A DNA stretch of 62,686 bases, filler included. It is 7 parts of 7 records of this genome, joined end to end, with 100 filler letters (N's around TTAATTAATTAA, not from the genome) between each part and the next. Parts side by side here need not be neighbours in the genome. Positions count along the whole stretch, not along the records: positions 9,630 to 18,788 come from DRR723986_10108; positions 18,889 to 34,101 come from DRR723986_10116; 5 more parts are not named here. The stretch is one strand, 5' to 3'. The notes under the pieces are model-generated. The model was not told the origin of the DNA. It was given only the letters and a program-made list of their open reading frames with translations, and searched no databases. Shown in pieces: positions 9,851 to 20,191 of the stretch; the first letter of the stretch is position 1; every line of letters begins with the position of its first letter. A program made the translations under genes and the position numbers.

Positions 9851-10753
9851 ATGGAACTTTGGGTTTGGGTTACTTTTTGCGCCGCGGCGTTTCAAACCGG
9901 GCGTTTTATGCTGCAAAAACAGCTAAGCGCTGTGGCCTTGTCGGCCGCAGGGGCCACATTTGCGCGCTTTATTTATTCCGCGCCTTTGGTGGCCTTGGGC
10001 GTTGTGGGCTTGGCGGCGATTAAGGGCTGGCATTTGCCCGCCTTGGGGCCGGGGTTTTGGGCCTATGTCTGGGCCGGGGGGCTGGCGCAAATTCTGGCCA
10101 CTGTCTGCGTGGTGGCGCTGTTTAAGCACCGCAATTTTGCCGTGGGCATCACGTTTAAAAAAACCGAAGTCATTCAAACAGCGCTGGTGGGGTTTGTGCT
10201 GTTGGGCGAGGGGGTATCGCCCCTTGGGTTTGTGGCTATTTTGCTGGGGCTTGCGGGGGTGATGGTGTTGTCTGGCACGCCCGATGCGCCGGGGGGATGG
10301 TGGCGCAATCTGGCCAACCGGGCGGCGGGCCTGGGGGTGCTGTCGGGCGCGCTATTTGCGGTATCGGGGGTCACATATCGTGCCGCGTCATTGCAAGTGC
10401 TCAGCGAGCAGCCGTTCGAGCGCGCGTTGATCACGCTTGGGGCTGTGTCAGTGTCGCAGATGCTGGCCATGTGGCTGTGGCTGATATGGCGCGAACCGGG
10501 GCAGGTGGGCCGGGTGATTGCGGCGCATAAAGTGGCCAAATGGGTGGGGCTAAGTTCGATGGCGGGCAGCTTGTGCTGGTTTACCGCCTTCACCTTGCAA
10601 AACGCGGCCTATGTCAACGCGGTGGGCCAGATCGAGCTGGCGTTTTCGCTGCTGGCATCGACGCTGTTTTTCAAAGAGCGCCCCAGCCTGCGCGAATACG
10701 CAGGTATCGCGCTGCTGTGTGGCAGCGTTTTGGGGCTGATCTTGCTGGTCTAG
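9851..10753 (+). CDS. DMT/EamA family transporter
   Basis: About 10 TM segments; RNFAVGITFKKTEV and AYVNAVGQIEL. Confidence 0.85.
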   Translation: MELWVWVTFCAAAFQTGRFMLQKQLSAVALSAAGATFARFIYSAPLVALGVVGLAAIKGWHLPALGPGFWAYVWAGGLAQILATVCVVALFKHRNFAVGITFKKTEVIQTALVGFVLLGEGVSPLGFVAILLGLAGVMVLSGTPDAPGGWWRNLANRAAGLGVLSGALFAVSGVTYRAASLQVLSEQPFERALITLGAVSVSQMLAMWLWLIWREPGQVGRVIAAHKVAKWVGLSSMAGSLCWFTAFTLQNAAYVNAVGQIELAFSLLASTLFFKERPSLREYAGIALLCGSVLGLILLV

Positions 10754-10764
10754 CGCGGCCTGGC

Positions 10765-11478
10765 CTAATCGCCGTGCGCACGCCCGCTAAGCGGGCCCTT
10801 GCCGCCCAGGCGCAAAAACAGGCTGGCCTCTTCGTTGTTTTTGAAAAATGGCACGCTGCTGGGGGGGGTATCGCTGGTGGCGCGGGCGGCGATTTCGGCC
10901 AAAACCACCTCGGTGATAAAGGGCAGATCGAATTTGCGCACCTCGGGCAGGGGGATCCATTGCAGATGCGAAAGCTCGTCGCAGGCGGCGCCGAAATCAT
11001 CCAGGTCGCTGGCAATCGCCTCGGCATCCACCAGGAAAAACCGTGCATCAAAGCGGCGCGGGCGCCCCGGAGGTGTGATGGCGCGAAAGACAAATTGCAG
11101 CGCATCGGCACTGGGCAGGTGGCCGGTGGCGGCAAAGCTTTGCCAATCATCGGGGGGCGTGCCCTGCCATTGGCCGGGGGTGCCCAGGATCAGGCCGGTT
11201 TCTTCCCATAATTCCCGAATGGCTGCCACAGCCAGGGCATTGGCCAAATCGGCCTCGGTGTCTTCGCTCAGGCGTTGGCGGCACAGCGCGGGCAGGGGGC
11301 GCGCCAGCGGCACCTGCGCATCGGCCTGATCAAGCGCACCGCCGGGGAAGACAAATTTATTGGGCATGAAAACCGCCCCAGCCCCGCGCTGGCCCATCAA
11401 GACCTGCGGCACAGTATGGCGATCGCGCAGCACAATCACTGTGGCTGCATTGCGAATGGCTGTTTTGTCGATGCTCAT
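10765..11478 (-). CDS. NUDIX hydrolase
   Basis: FVFPGG...AAIRELWEETG and RRFDARFF. Confidence 0.9.
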   Translation of the reverse strand: MSIDKTAIRNAATVIVLRDRHTVPQVLMGQRGAGAVFMPNKFVFPGGALDQADAQVPLARPLPALCRQRLSEDTEADLANALAVAAIRELWEETGLILGTPGQWQGTPPDDWQSFAATGHLPSADALQFVFRAITPPGRPRRFDARFFLVDAEAIASDLDDFGAACDELSHLQWIPLPEVRKFDLPFITEVVLAEIAARATSDTPPSSVPFFKNNEEASLFLRLGGKGPLSGRAHGD

Positions 11479-11501
11479 TTTACCCCCCGTTTATATGGGG
11501 G

Positions 11502-11891
11502 TCAGCCGGTTTTTCCAAACCCGTGCATCTGACGGGCCCATTGGAACCCGATCATCGCCCCCTTTAATCTGGGCAAAAGGTAAAGCGACAAGGCCACCGT
11601 TCCAATAGCGAAAATGGTAAAAAGGATCAGCGGCTCGGGGCGCCATGTTTCAAACACGATCAGCAGCAGCGGCGCCATCAGGTGGCCGACAAATAAAATC
11701 GTCAAATAGGCCGGGCCGTCATCGGCGCGATGGTGGTGCAATTCCTCGCGGCACACAGGGCAGGATTGGCGCACGCTTAGATAGCCCTTCATGATCGGGC
11801 CAGAGCCGCAATTTGGGCATTTTCTGCGCCAACCCTTCCAAACGGCGGGCCATGTTTCGCGCTCTGCCTGCAATACCGTGTCTTGTGCCAT
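11502..11891 (-). CDS. DUF983 family Zn-ribbon membrane protein
   Basis: CPNCG...CPVC, RADDGPAY, two TM helices, LPRLKG. Confidence 0.85.
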   Translation of the reverse strand: MAQDTVLQAERETWPAVWKGWRRKCPNCGSGPIMKGYLSVRQSCPVCREELHHHRADDGPAYLTILFVGHLMAPLLLIVFETWRPEPLILFTIFAIGTVALSLYLLPRLKGAMIGFQWARQMHGFGKTG

Positions 11892-12149
11892 GCACCTACC
11901 CCTGTCGCTCAAGGCGCCACCATGCGCGATCTTGGCGCCGGTTCCTAGGGGGGTGTGGGCTGCTTGCGGCGCGATGTCGCAAAGCCTGCGCAATTTTTTG
12001 GCGCCCGTCGCATTGGGCGGTGGCTGCGGGCAGATCACAGCTGCGTGAGCGTTTTGCCCCCCCCGACGGAAAGGTGCGCCCCGCGCGTATTACCCCTGTC
12101 AAATCGGGCAGGTTGGCTACCCGGTTGCCAAATATAGGAGAGGCAGCAA

Positions 12150-12635
12150 ATGAAATTTCCAGCAATGATTTGTGGCGTTGCAGCACTGGCCGTGGCCGGC
12201 AGCATGGCATGGGCCAGCCCGATGGGCGCAGATAAGCCGCATCGCGGCACGCAGGCTGATCGTGCGGCGATCTTCACCCAGCTTGATGCCGATCAAGATG
12301 GTCAGGTAAGCCGTGCAGAAATGATGGCCGCGGCACAGGCGCGCTTTGCCAAACAAGACAGCGATGGCGATGGCGCGTTAAGCCAGGCCGAAATGCGCGC
12401 CGCAGCCGAGGGGCGGGCGGGCAAAAAAGCCGAGAAGCGGTTTGAAAAGATGCTCAAGCGCGCCGATGCCGATGGTGATGGCAAGCTTAGCTTTGCCGAA
12501 ATGTCGCAAAAACGCGGCGAGCGGCATTTTGCCCGCATGGATGCCAATGGCGATGGCGCGATCAGCCGCGATGAATTTGCCAGCAAGGCGCGCCACCACC
12601 ATGGGCAAAAGCCCAGCGCCCAGCACAGCCGCTAA
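12150..12635 (+). CDS. Secreted EF-hand calcium-binding protein
   Basis: Signal peptide and four DxDxDG loops (DADQDG, DSDGDG, DADGDG, DANGDG). Confidence 0.9.
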   Translation: MKFPAMICGVAALAVAGSMAWASPMGADKPHRGTQADRAAIFTQLDADQDGQVSRAEMMAAAQARFAKQDSDGDGALSQAEMRAAAEGRAGKKAEKRFEKMLKRADADGDGKLSFAEMSQKRGERHFARMDANGDGAISRDEFASKARHHHGQKPSAQHSR

Positions 12636-12706
12636 GGTGCCTTTGGTGGGGCCGCGGCCGGCGGCCCCAATTGCCGAGATCTATGGAACGCGCTACGCCT
12701 TGGCCG

Positions 12707-13303
12707 ATGCAGATGCCCTTTGACAGTTTGACCGAGCTTTCCGACGATGCGCTTTTGGCGCTGTTTGCCAATGGCGATGCGGGCGCTGCGCGGGCCTTGA
12801 CCTTGCGGTTCACGCCGCGGGCCTTGGCGCATGCACAGCGGGTGCTGGGCGATGCGGCCGAGGCCGAGGATGTGGCGCAAGAGGCCATGATGCGGCTGTG
12901 GCGCATGGCGCCCGATTGGCGGGCAGGCGAGGCGCAGTTTGGCACTTGGCTTTACCGTGTGGTGGCAAACCTGTGCACCGATCGGCTGCGCAAGCGCCGC
13001 ACCGTCGATATCGAAAGCCTGCCCGAGAGGGCCGATAACGCCCCCTCGGCCGATGCGCGCCTGCAACAGCAACAGCGCGCCGCGGCCCTGCAACAGGCGT
13101 TGATGCATTTGCCAGACAGGCAGCGCCAGGCGGTTGTATTGCGCCATATCGAGGGGCTGGCAAACCCGCAGATCGCCACGATTTTGGGGGTTGGCGTAGA
13201 GGCGGTGGAATCGCTGACTGCGCGGGGGAAACGGGCGCTGGGCCGGCTGTTGCTGGGCCGGCGCGCAGAATTGGGGTTTGATGATGACCAAAACGAACAG
13301 TGA
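12707..13303 (+). CDS. ECF RNA polymerase sigma factor
   Basis: AEDVAQEA..RLW, TWLYRVVANLCTD, LPDRQRQAVVLRHIEG; start uncertain. Confidence 0.9.
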   Translation: MQMPFDSLTELSDDALLALFANGDAGAARALTLRFTPRALAHAQRVLGDAAEAEDVAQEAMMRLWRMAPDWRAGEAQFGTWLYRVVANLCTDRLRKRRTVDIESLPERADNAPSADARLQQQQRAAALQQALMHLPDRQRQAVVLRHIEGLANPQIATILGVGVEAVESLTARGKRALGRLLLGRRAELGFDDDQNEQ

Positions 13304-13655
13304 CGACACAGAATTGGGGCTTTATTTCCAGGCGGCACAGCACAACACCCCGGTTGCCACTGAGGCGCTTTTGGCGCGGGTGTTAGCCGATGGTTTGGCG
13401 GCCCAAGCAGCCCATGTTGCCCCCGCCCGGCGGGCCCGCCCCGCAGGCCCGCGGTGGCGCCAGCTGCTGGCCGCACTTGGGGGGTGGCAGGGCTTGGGCG
13501 GGTTGGCCACTGCCGGGCTTGTGGGGGTATGGCTGGGCATCAGCCCGCCCGCCGGGCTGGATGCCCTGGCCCTGCTTGAACCTGCGGCTGGCTTGGAATT
13601 GGGGCCGTTTGCGCCGGCCTATGGATTAGATCTTGTGGCCCTTGAGGAGGGATAA
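13281..13655 (+). CDS. Putative anti-sigma membrane protein
   Basis: Overlaps the sigma gene end; single TM segment (GLGGLATAGLVGVWLG). Confidence 0.65.
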   Translation: MMTKTNSDDTELGLYFQAAQHNTPVATEALLARVLADGLAAQAAHVAPARRARPAGPRWRQLLAALGGWQGLGGLATAGLVGVWLGISPPAGLDALALLEPAAGLELGPFAPAYGLDLVALEEG

Positions 13656-14180
13656 ATGACCGATGCAACGCCAAAACCACCCGCCCGTGGCCTGCGCCCT
13701 TGGGTGCGCTGGGTGCTGTTTGCCTCGCTGGCCCTGAACCTGGCGGTTTTGGGCGTGATGGGGGGCGCGGCATGGCGGTTTCATAGCTCTGACCGGGTCG
13801 GTGGGCGCCTGCCATGGGTCGACCACGTCAGCCTGGCCTATATTCGCGCCTTTGAACGCGAAGACCGCCGCGCCATTCGCCAAAACATGCGTGCGGCCCT
13901 GCCGCCGCGTGCTGACATGATGGCTGAAAGCAAGGCCAGCTTTGCGCCGATCTTGCAGATGTTGCGCGCGCCGCAATTTTCCGCGCCCGCGCTGCAGGCG
14001 GCGCTGGCCGGCCAAATGCAGCCGATGGTGCAGCGCCAGCATTTGGCCCAGCAGGCCGCAGTGCAGCAGATCGCCCAGATGAGCGCCAGCCAGCGTGCCG
14101 CTTTTGCCGACAGGCTGGAACAGGCGGTGGCGGATATGGGGCAATTCACCGGCCATCCGCCGCACCGCCTGGAAAAATAG
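13656..14180 (+). CDS. Periplasmic heavy-metal-sensor (Metal_resist/Spy-like) protein
   Basis: SLALNLAVLG anchor followed by a helical domain ending RAAFADRL. Confidence 0.8.
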   Translation: MTDATPKPPARGLRPWVRWVLFASLALNLAVLGVMGGAAWRFHSSDRVGGRLPWVDHVSLAYIRAFEREDRRAIRQNMRAALPPRADMMAESKASFAPILQMLRAPQFSAPALQAALAGQMQPMVQRQHLAQQAAVQQIAQMSASQRAAFADRLEQAVADMGQFTGHPPHRLEK

Positions 14181-14200
14181 GGGCTTTATCGCGGGGGCGT

Positions 14201-15592
14201 TTAGGCCGCAGGCTGGCTGAGCACCACCTGGTTGCGCCCCCGGGTTTTCGACACCATCAAGGCCTGATCGGCCAAGGCCAGCAATTGTTGGGCGCTGAGG
14301 CTGGCATCATTGGCGGGGCGGGTGGCCAGGCCCACGCTGATGGTAACGGGCAGGGCGGGGGCTGGCCCGCCTTTGGGTTGCAAAAACGGCCGTGCGCCGA
14401 TGGCCCGGCACACCATTTGCGCCGCCACCCGCGCCTCGGCCAAATCGGGCACGGTGGTGGCGATCAAAAACTCTTCGCCGCCGATGCGCGCCAGCAAATC
14501 TGCGCTGGTGGTAAAGCGGCGCAGCCGCTCTGCAACCTCGACCAGCACGCTATCGCCCACTGCATGGCCGTAGCGATCGTTCACCGCTTTGAAATGATCG
14601 ATATCGGCCACCATCACCGCCAGCGATTTTTGCGCCTGTGCCGCCTCGTGGCCCATGCGCGCCAGCTGCGGCAGGGCAAAGCGGCGGTTGTAAAGCCCGG
14701 TCAACGGGTCCAGCACGGCGGCCCGCAGGCCGGAATGCACCGAATTTCGCAAATCATCCGCCCGCGCCTTTTGCGCCAAAAGCCGTGCAATGCGCAGGCC
14801 AATTTCGGCGCTGCCCGTCTGGGCGGTGGCCACGTCTTCGGCGCCATGATCCAGGGCCTCGGCGGCCAGCGCGGGGTTTGGATTGGGCAAAAGCGCCATT
14901 TGCACGATGTGGCGGGTGGCCGGCTGCGCCTTGAGCCCGGCCACCAGGTGCAAGGCCGGATCGCTGGCGCGCCCATCCAGCATGATCAGCACCAGATCGG
15001 GAAACCCGCCCTGCGGTTCGCTGCGGATCAGATCGGGCACGTGATAGTGGCGCCAGCGGTGGTGGCCGATATGGGGCGCAAGCCGTGCAATCCAGGTTTC
15101 GGCCAATGAGTGTTGGCTGCAGATCACCCCGATATGGGCCGGTGTTGGGCTTGGCGGGGGGGCTTCGGCCATGCCGGCGGCCAATTGGCAATCGCGCTGC
15201 AAGCGCAGCTCGGCCCGCCCGTTCGAGGCGCGCAACAGCCCGCGCAGCCGGGCCAAAAGCAGCGCTTGGTTCAATGGCCGCTCCAGCACCGCATCTGCCC
15301 CCGCCTGCAATGCGGCCAGGCGCAGCCCCGGCTTGCCCGGCGGCACCACCATCAATATCGGCACATGCCGGCTGTGCGGGCTTGCGCGCAGCTTTTGGCA
15401 AAAATCGGCGCCCGACATATCGGGCAAGGCATGGGCCACCACCACAACCGAGGCCGTTTGGCGCGCCAGCTCGCCCAGGGCCTCGGCCCCGCTGGCGGCT
15501 TGCAGCGTGTCGTAAAAGGCAGACGCCAGTTTAAACCGCATCACGATGCGGTTTGTGGCGACGTCATCAACAATCAGAACCCTGCCAGACAT
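14201..15592 (-). CDS. PleD-like response regulator diguanylate cyclase
   Basis: RVLIVDD receiver, second receiver-like domain, DPLTGLYNRR, DIDHFKAVNDRYGH, GGEEF. Confidence 0.9.
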   Translation of the reverse strand: MSGRVLIVDDVATNRIVMRFKLASAFYDTLQAASGAEALGELARQTASVVVVAHALPDMSGADFCQKLRASPHSRHVPILMVVPPGKPGLRLAALQAGADAVLERPLNQALLLARLRGLLRASNGRAELRLQRDCQLAAGMAEAPPPSPTPAHIGVICSQHSLAETWIARLAPHIGHHRWRHYHVPDLIRSEPQGGFPDLVLIMLDGRASDPALHLVAGLKAQPATRHIVQMALLPNPNPALAAEALDHGAEDVATAQTGSAEIGLRIARLLAQKARADDLRNSVHSGLRAAVLDPLTGLYNRRFALPQLARMGHEAAQAQKSLAVMVADIDHFKAVNDRYGHAVGDSVLVEVAERLRRFTTSADLLARIGGEEFLIATTVPDLAEARVAAQMVCRAIGARPFLQPKGGPAPALPVTISVGLATRPANDASLSAQQLLALADQALMVSKTRGRNQVVLSQPAA

Positions 15593-15693
15593 CGGGATGC
15601 CCTTGTGCTTTTTCTGCGCTGCTGCAAATCTGCGCAAGAGTGGTTAAAAAAACCTTTCCGATTAAAAATTCCTTTCCAAAAAGGGGAAAAAGC

Positions 15694-15978
15694 GTGGCGT
15701 TTTCACAAGAGGCGGCAGAAACTATTGCCGTGCAGGCCCTGGCCTGGTTGGCCAGCACAGATGATTTGCTGCACAGCTTTATGGGGGCCAGTGGGCTGGC
15801 CCCCGAAGATCTGCGCGCACAGGCGGGTGATCCGGCGCTGGCGGGGGCGGTGCTGGATTTTATCTTGATGGATGATGCCTGGGTCGTGGGGTTTTGCGAC
15901 ACAATCCGGCTGGCCTATGCCGATCTGGCCTTGGTGCGCGCCAGCCTGCCCGGCGGCGCACAGATGCATTGGACATAG
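15694..15978 (+). CDS. DUF3572 family protein
   Basis: AETIAVQALAWLA...FMGASG...VLDFILMDD; GTG start. Confidence 0.85.
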   Translation: MAFSQEAAETIAVQALAWLASTDDLLHSFMGASGLAPEDLRAQAGDPALAGAVLDFILMDDAWVVGFCDTIRLAYADLALVRASLPGGAQMHWT

Positions 15979-15993
15979 GCCGCGCCGGCCCGC

Positions 15994-16449
15994 CTAAAGC
16001 GTTTTCAGCGCGGCGCCTTCGGGGCCGCGCAGCTTGGCCAGCAGCTGCTTTAGCTGGTCTTCCTCGCCCACCTCCAGCAGCCCTGCCAGGATCTGGGCGT
16101 TTTCGCGGGCAAAGGGCGTGGCCGCCTCGATGGCGCGGCGGCCCTTTTCTGTCAGCGTGACACGGCGGGTGCGTTTGTCATGCACACCCGAGGCCCGGGC
16201 AAGCAGGCCATCGCCCTCCATATGGCGCAAGGCGCGGCTGGTGGCGGTGCGATCAATGCCCACAAATTCTGCGATATCGGATGGTTGTGACAAATCCTCG
16301 TTACCCACCGCCAATAAGATGCACCATGTCGTGCGGGTCAAATCCAGCGTGCGCAATTGCTCGTCCAGCCGCCGCTCTTGCAGCCGGGCGGCGATAGACA
16401 GGTGATAGCCCAACGAGTGGTGCAGCCGGTATGGGGTGTCGTTGCTCAT
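15994..16449 (-). CDS. MarR-family transcriptional regulator
   Basis: SLGYHL, IDRTATSRAL, DKRTRRVTLTEKG. Confidence 0.9.
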   Translation of the reverse strand: MSNDTPYRLHHSLGYHLSIAARLQERRLDEQLRTLDLTRTTWCILLAVGNEDLSQPSDIAEFVGIDRTATSRALRHMEGDGLLARASGVHDKRTRRVTLTEKGRRAIEAATPFARENAQILAGLLEVGEEDQLKQLLAKLRGPEGAALKTL

Positions 16450-16569
16450 GCGGCAAACAGCACCCCAGCGGCGCGGGAAAGTCAAGCTGGGGCTTGCCTT
16501 ATGCAGGCCGCCACAGCAGGTTGGCTGAAAGGGAAAACTGGGCCCCGGGGCCCAAGGCAGGGGGCAAGG

Positions 16570-17268
16570 GTGGTTCAAGGTATCCTTTTCGACAAAGACG
16601 GCACGCTGTTTCATTTTGGCGCCACGTGGAATGCATGGGCGCAGGCGGTTCTGGCGGATCTGGCGCAGGGCTGTGAAACCCGCGCCCAGGCCCTGGCCGC
16701 CGCCACCCGGTTTGACCGGGCATCGGGGGCGTTTCACCCCGACAGCCCTGTGATTGCCGGCACCAACCGCGAGGTGGCAGAATTGCTGGCCAGCGCCCTG
16801 CCGGGCCGCAGCCTGGCCGAGATCGAGGCGCTGTTGATCCATCATGCCAGCACCGCCCCACAGGCCCAAGCCGTGCCCTTGGCGCCTTATTTAAGCGATC
16901 TGCGCGGGCGTGGCCTGCGGCTGGGTGTTATGACCAACGATGCCGAGGCGGCGGCGCTGGCGCATCTGGATACCGCCAAGGTGCGCCATTTGTTCGATTT
17001 TATCGCAGGGTTTGACAGCGGTTATGGCGCCAAACCCGCCCCCGACCCGCTGTTGGCTTTTGCTGCGGCCATGGGGCTGGCGCCGGGGCAGGTGGTGATG
17101 GTGGGCGACAGCACCCATGACCTGATTGCCGGCCGTGCGGCGGGGATGAAAACCATTGCGGTGCTCACCGGCATGGCAGGCCCGGCAGAATTGTCGCCCC
17201 TGGCAGATGCGGTTTTGCCCGATATTGGCCATATCCCGGCCTGGTTGCAGGCGCAGGGCTGGGCCTAG
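16570..17268 (+). CDS. HAD-family hydrolase
   Basis: FDKDGTL, MTND, KPAPD and MVGDS.HD motifs. Confidence 0.9.
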   Translation: MVQGILFDKDGTLFHFGATWNAWAQAVLADLAQGCETRAQALAAATRFDRASGAFHPDSPVIAGTNREVAELLASALPGRSLAEIEALLIHHASTAPQAQAVPLAPYLSDLRGRGLRLGVMTNDAEAAALAHLDTAKVRHLFDFIAGFDSGYGAKPAPDPLLAFAAAMGLAPGQVVMVGDSTHDLIAGRAAGMKTIAVLTGMAGPAELSPLADAVLPDIGHIPAWLQAQGWA

Positions 17269-17290
17269 GGGCATGTGGGCTTGGGGGATA

Positions 17291-17620
17291 TTAAACTGAC
17301 GAAAAGCAGTTGATCGCGCCGCCATGCACGCCGATATCCAGCGGCCCGAAATCAGATTCAACGCATAGCGAAAAATAGCCCGCACTTGGCAGGTAGACCA
17401 CCCGGTAGGTGCCGTTCGAGCGGGTGATGTTCCAGCATTTTTGCGTCAGGCCACCGCTGAAATTGACCGTCACCAACCGCGGCGCCACCCGCGCCTTGCA
17501 AAAGGCCGCCAAATTGGCGTGGTCGCTGCGGGTTTGCGGGGTGAAACTGGCAATCTCGGCATCAAGCAAAGCGTTGATATGCTGCAAAACTGCGCTGTTT
17601 TCGGCGCTTTTCCCGCTCAT
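17291..17620 (-). CDS. Hypothetical protein
   Basis: 109-aa ORF that fills the gap and is co-oriented with mttB. Confidence 0.65.
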   Translation of the reverse strand: MSGKSAENSAVLQHINALLDAEIASFTPQTRSDHANLAAFCKARVAPRLVTVNFSGGLTQKCWNITRSNGTYRVVYLPSAGYFSLCVESDFGPLDIGVHGGAINCFSSV

Positions 17621-17698
17621 CTCGCCCCCAATACTGGCCCGGCCAAAGGTTTGGCCAGGTCAGCATAGGCGGGCGGCATGGGGCGCGGCAAGGGGTGT

Positions 17699-18788
17699 TT
17701 AGAAATCGGTGGGTGCGCCCCCTTCGGCCTTGCGGCGGGCCACAAAATCGGCCAGCTCGTCGCGGATGGCCACATCCATGGGTGGCTCTTCGAAATTCGC
17801 GATGATGTCTTTGTAGACCCGATGCGCACGCTCGGGTGTCCAAACTGCGCCTGCCGCCTCCCAGGCCTCGTAATTGCGCCAATCTGACACAAAGGGCTGA
17901 TAAAACGCGGTTGTATAGCGATCTTGGGTGTGTTGCGTGCCAAAGAAATGCCCGTTCGGCCCCACTTCGCGGATGGTATCCACTGCCAGCGCATCGGGGC
18001 TGGTATCGCAAATCTGCGGTTCCAGATAGCGCTGCATCTGTTGCAACACCTCGCAATCCATTACGAATTTCTCGGGGCTGGCGATCAGCCCGCCCTCAAG
18101 CCAGCCGGCGGCGTGATAGACCATATGGGTGCCCGATTGCAGCGCCGCCCACAGGCTGTTTGATGTCTCCCACATGGCTTGGCCATCGGGCACATTGGCC
18201 GCGCATACCCCCGACGAGCGCATGGGCAGGTTGTAAAACCGCGCCAATTGGCCGGTCATTTGCGTGGCGCGCATATATTCGGGCGTGCCAAAGGCGGGGG
18301 CGCCTGATTTCATATCGACATTCGAGGTAAACGTGCCAATCACGCAGGGCACACCCGGCTTGATCCACTGTGCCAGCGCAATGGCGCACAGCCCCTCGGC
18401 CAAAGATTGCGCCACAGCCCCGGCCATGGTGACGGGTGCCATGGCGCCGGCCAGCGTGAAGGGGGTGACAACCAGCGCCTGGCCGCGGCGCGCCAGGCGC
18501 ATCCAGCCATCCAGCATCGGCTCGTCATGTTTAAGCGGCGAGGTCGAGTTGATATTGGTATACATGCGCGGTGCGGCGTCGAATTCTTCGTGGCTAAGCC
18601 CGCCCGCGATGCGCACCATCTCCATCACGTCTTCGACGCGCTCTTTGCCCAGGCTATAGGCATGCATCACTTTGTCAGACAGCGTCAGCTTGTCATAAAG
18701 CACATCCAAATGCCGCACGGATGCGTGAATATCCACCGGCTCGACCGGGTAGCCACCGGCAAAGTGGATACAGTTGAAATATTGCGTC
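17699..18788 (-). CDS. mttB: Trimethylamine methyltransferase family protein (non-pyrrolysine MttB), 5'-truncated
   Basis: INSTSPL, TPFTLAGAMAPVT, DMKSGAPAFGTPE, HAAGWLEGGL. Confidence 0.9.
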
Positions 18789-18888
18789 NNNNNNNNNNNN
18801 NNNNNNNNNNNNNNNNNNNNNNNNNNNNNNNNTTAATTAATTAANNNNNNNNNNNNNNNNNNNNNNNNNNNNNNNNNNNNNNNNNNNN
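18789..18888. other. Artificial contig linker
   Basis: N44-TTAATTAATTAA-N44. Confidence 0.99.
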
Positions 18889-18889
18889 G

Positions 18890-20191
18890 CCGGACGCCAT
18901 GGAAGGCCCGACGCCGGTTTCCGCCCTGATCCACGCCGCAACCATGGTGACCGCGGGCGTCTACCTCGTCTGCCTCCTGTCACCGTTGTATGAGTATACG
19001 CTCGTCGCGGCTGGCATGATTACTGTGGTCGGCGCGGTTACCGCACTCTACGCCGCAACCGTTGGCATGGCGCAGAACGACATCAAGCGCGTCATCGCCT
19101 ACTCGACCTGTTCGCAGCTGGGCTACATGTTCTTCGCGGCAGGTGTCGGCGCCTATGAGGCGGCGATGTTCCACCTCTTCACGCACGCCTTCTTCAAGGC
19201 CCTCCTGTTCCTCGGCGCAGGCTCTGTGATCCATGGCATGCACCATGAGCAGGACATGCGGAAAATGGGCGGCCTCGCCAAGTTCATGCCGCTGACCTAT
19301 GCAGCCATGATGGTCGGCACGATCGCGATCATCGGCCTCGGTATTCCGCACACGAAGCTTGGCTTCGCCGGGTTCTTCTCGAAGGATGCGATCCTGGAGA
19401 GCGCGTTTGCGGGCGGTGTCGAACACGTTGCCTTTGGCCAGATGGCCTTCTGGTTTGGTATCATCGCGGCCTTCCTGACCAGCTTCTATTCCTGGCGCCT
19501 CATCTACATGACGTTCCACGGACCGAGGGCTTCGGAAAGTGCCCATGACGATCACGCCCATGAGGCACATGACGCTCATGACGACCATGCGCACGACGAT
19601 CATGGCCACGGTCACGATCACACGCCGCATGAGAGCCCGCTGGTCATGCTCGTTCCGCTCGGTCTGCTCAGCGTGGGTGCGGTTTTCGCCGGCTTCTTCT
19701 TCTACGATTACTTCGTCGACCATTCGAACGAAGCCTTCTGGGCCGGTGCGATCTATCGCGCTTCTGAGAACCATGTCCTCCACGCCCGCCACGAAGTGCC
19801 GGAATGGGTGATCTACGCGCCGCTGATCGTGACGCTGGGCGGCTTCGTGCTGGCCACGATGACCTATTTCTTCAATCGCGGCGTGGGCAAGCGTATCGCC
19901 GACAGTGGCGGCCCGCTTTACTCGCTGTTCTACAACAAGTGGTACTTCGACGAGATCTACAACGCGACGCTGGTGCGTGGTGCGGTCTTCCTTGGCAACA
20001 TCTTCTGGAAAGCTGACAAGAAGGTCATCGACGGTGTTGGTGCCGACGGCATGACTGCGCTGACCCTGTTCAGCGCCCGTCGCCTGTCGGCCATGCATAC
20101 CGGCCGCCTGTATCACTATGCATTTGTAATCATTGGCGCAGCTCTCGTCTTCGGGGCGCTTATGTGGCTGAACGCCGGAGGGGCAAACTAA
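18890..20191 (+). CDS. nuoL: NADH-quinone oxidoreductase subunit L, 5'-truncated
   Basis: [23 protein letters not shown] and [10 protein letters not shown]. Confidence 0.96.
   Translation, partial: PDAMEGPTPVSALIHAATMVTAGVYLVCLLSPLYEYTLVAAGMITVVGAVTALYAATVGMAQNDIKRVIAYSTCSQLGYMFFAAGVGAYEAAMFHLFTHAFFKALLFLGAGSVIHGMHHEQDMRKMGGLAKFMPLTYAAMMVGTIAIIGLGIPHTKLGFAGFFSKDAILESAFAGGVEHVAFGQMAFWFGIIAAFLTSFYSWRLIYMTFHGPRASESAHDDHAHEAHDAHDDHAHDDHGHGHDHTPHESPLVMLVPLGLLSVGAVFAGFFFYDYFVDHSNEAFWAGAIYRASENHVLHARHEVPEWVIYAPLIVTLGGFVLATMTYFFNRGVGKRIADSGGPLYSLFYNKWYFDEIYNATLVRGAVFLGNIFWKADKKVIDGVGADGMTALTLFSARRLSAMHTGRLYHYAFVIIGAALVFGALMWLNAGGAN

Noticed and set aside
17699-18788. Possible pyrrolysine recoding in the MttB homolog
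   Set aside because: No in-frame TAG in the visible part; ordinary non-Pyl member.
19545-19630. His/Asp-rich repeat in NuoL
   Set aside because: His-rich loops are common in alphaproteobacterial NuoL.
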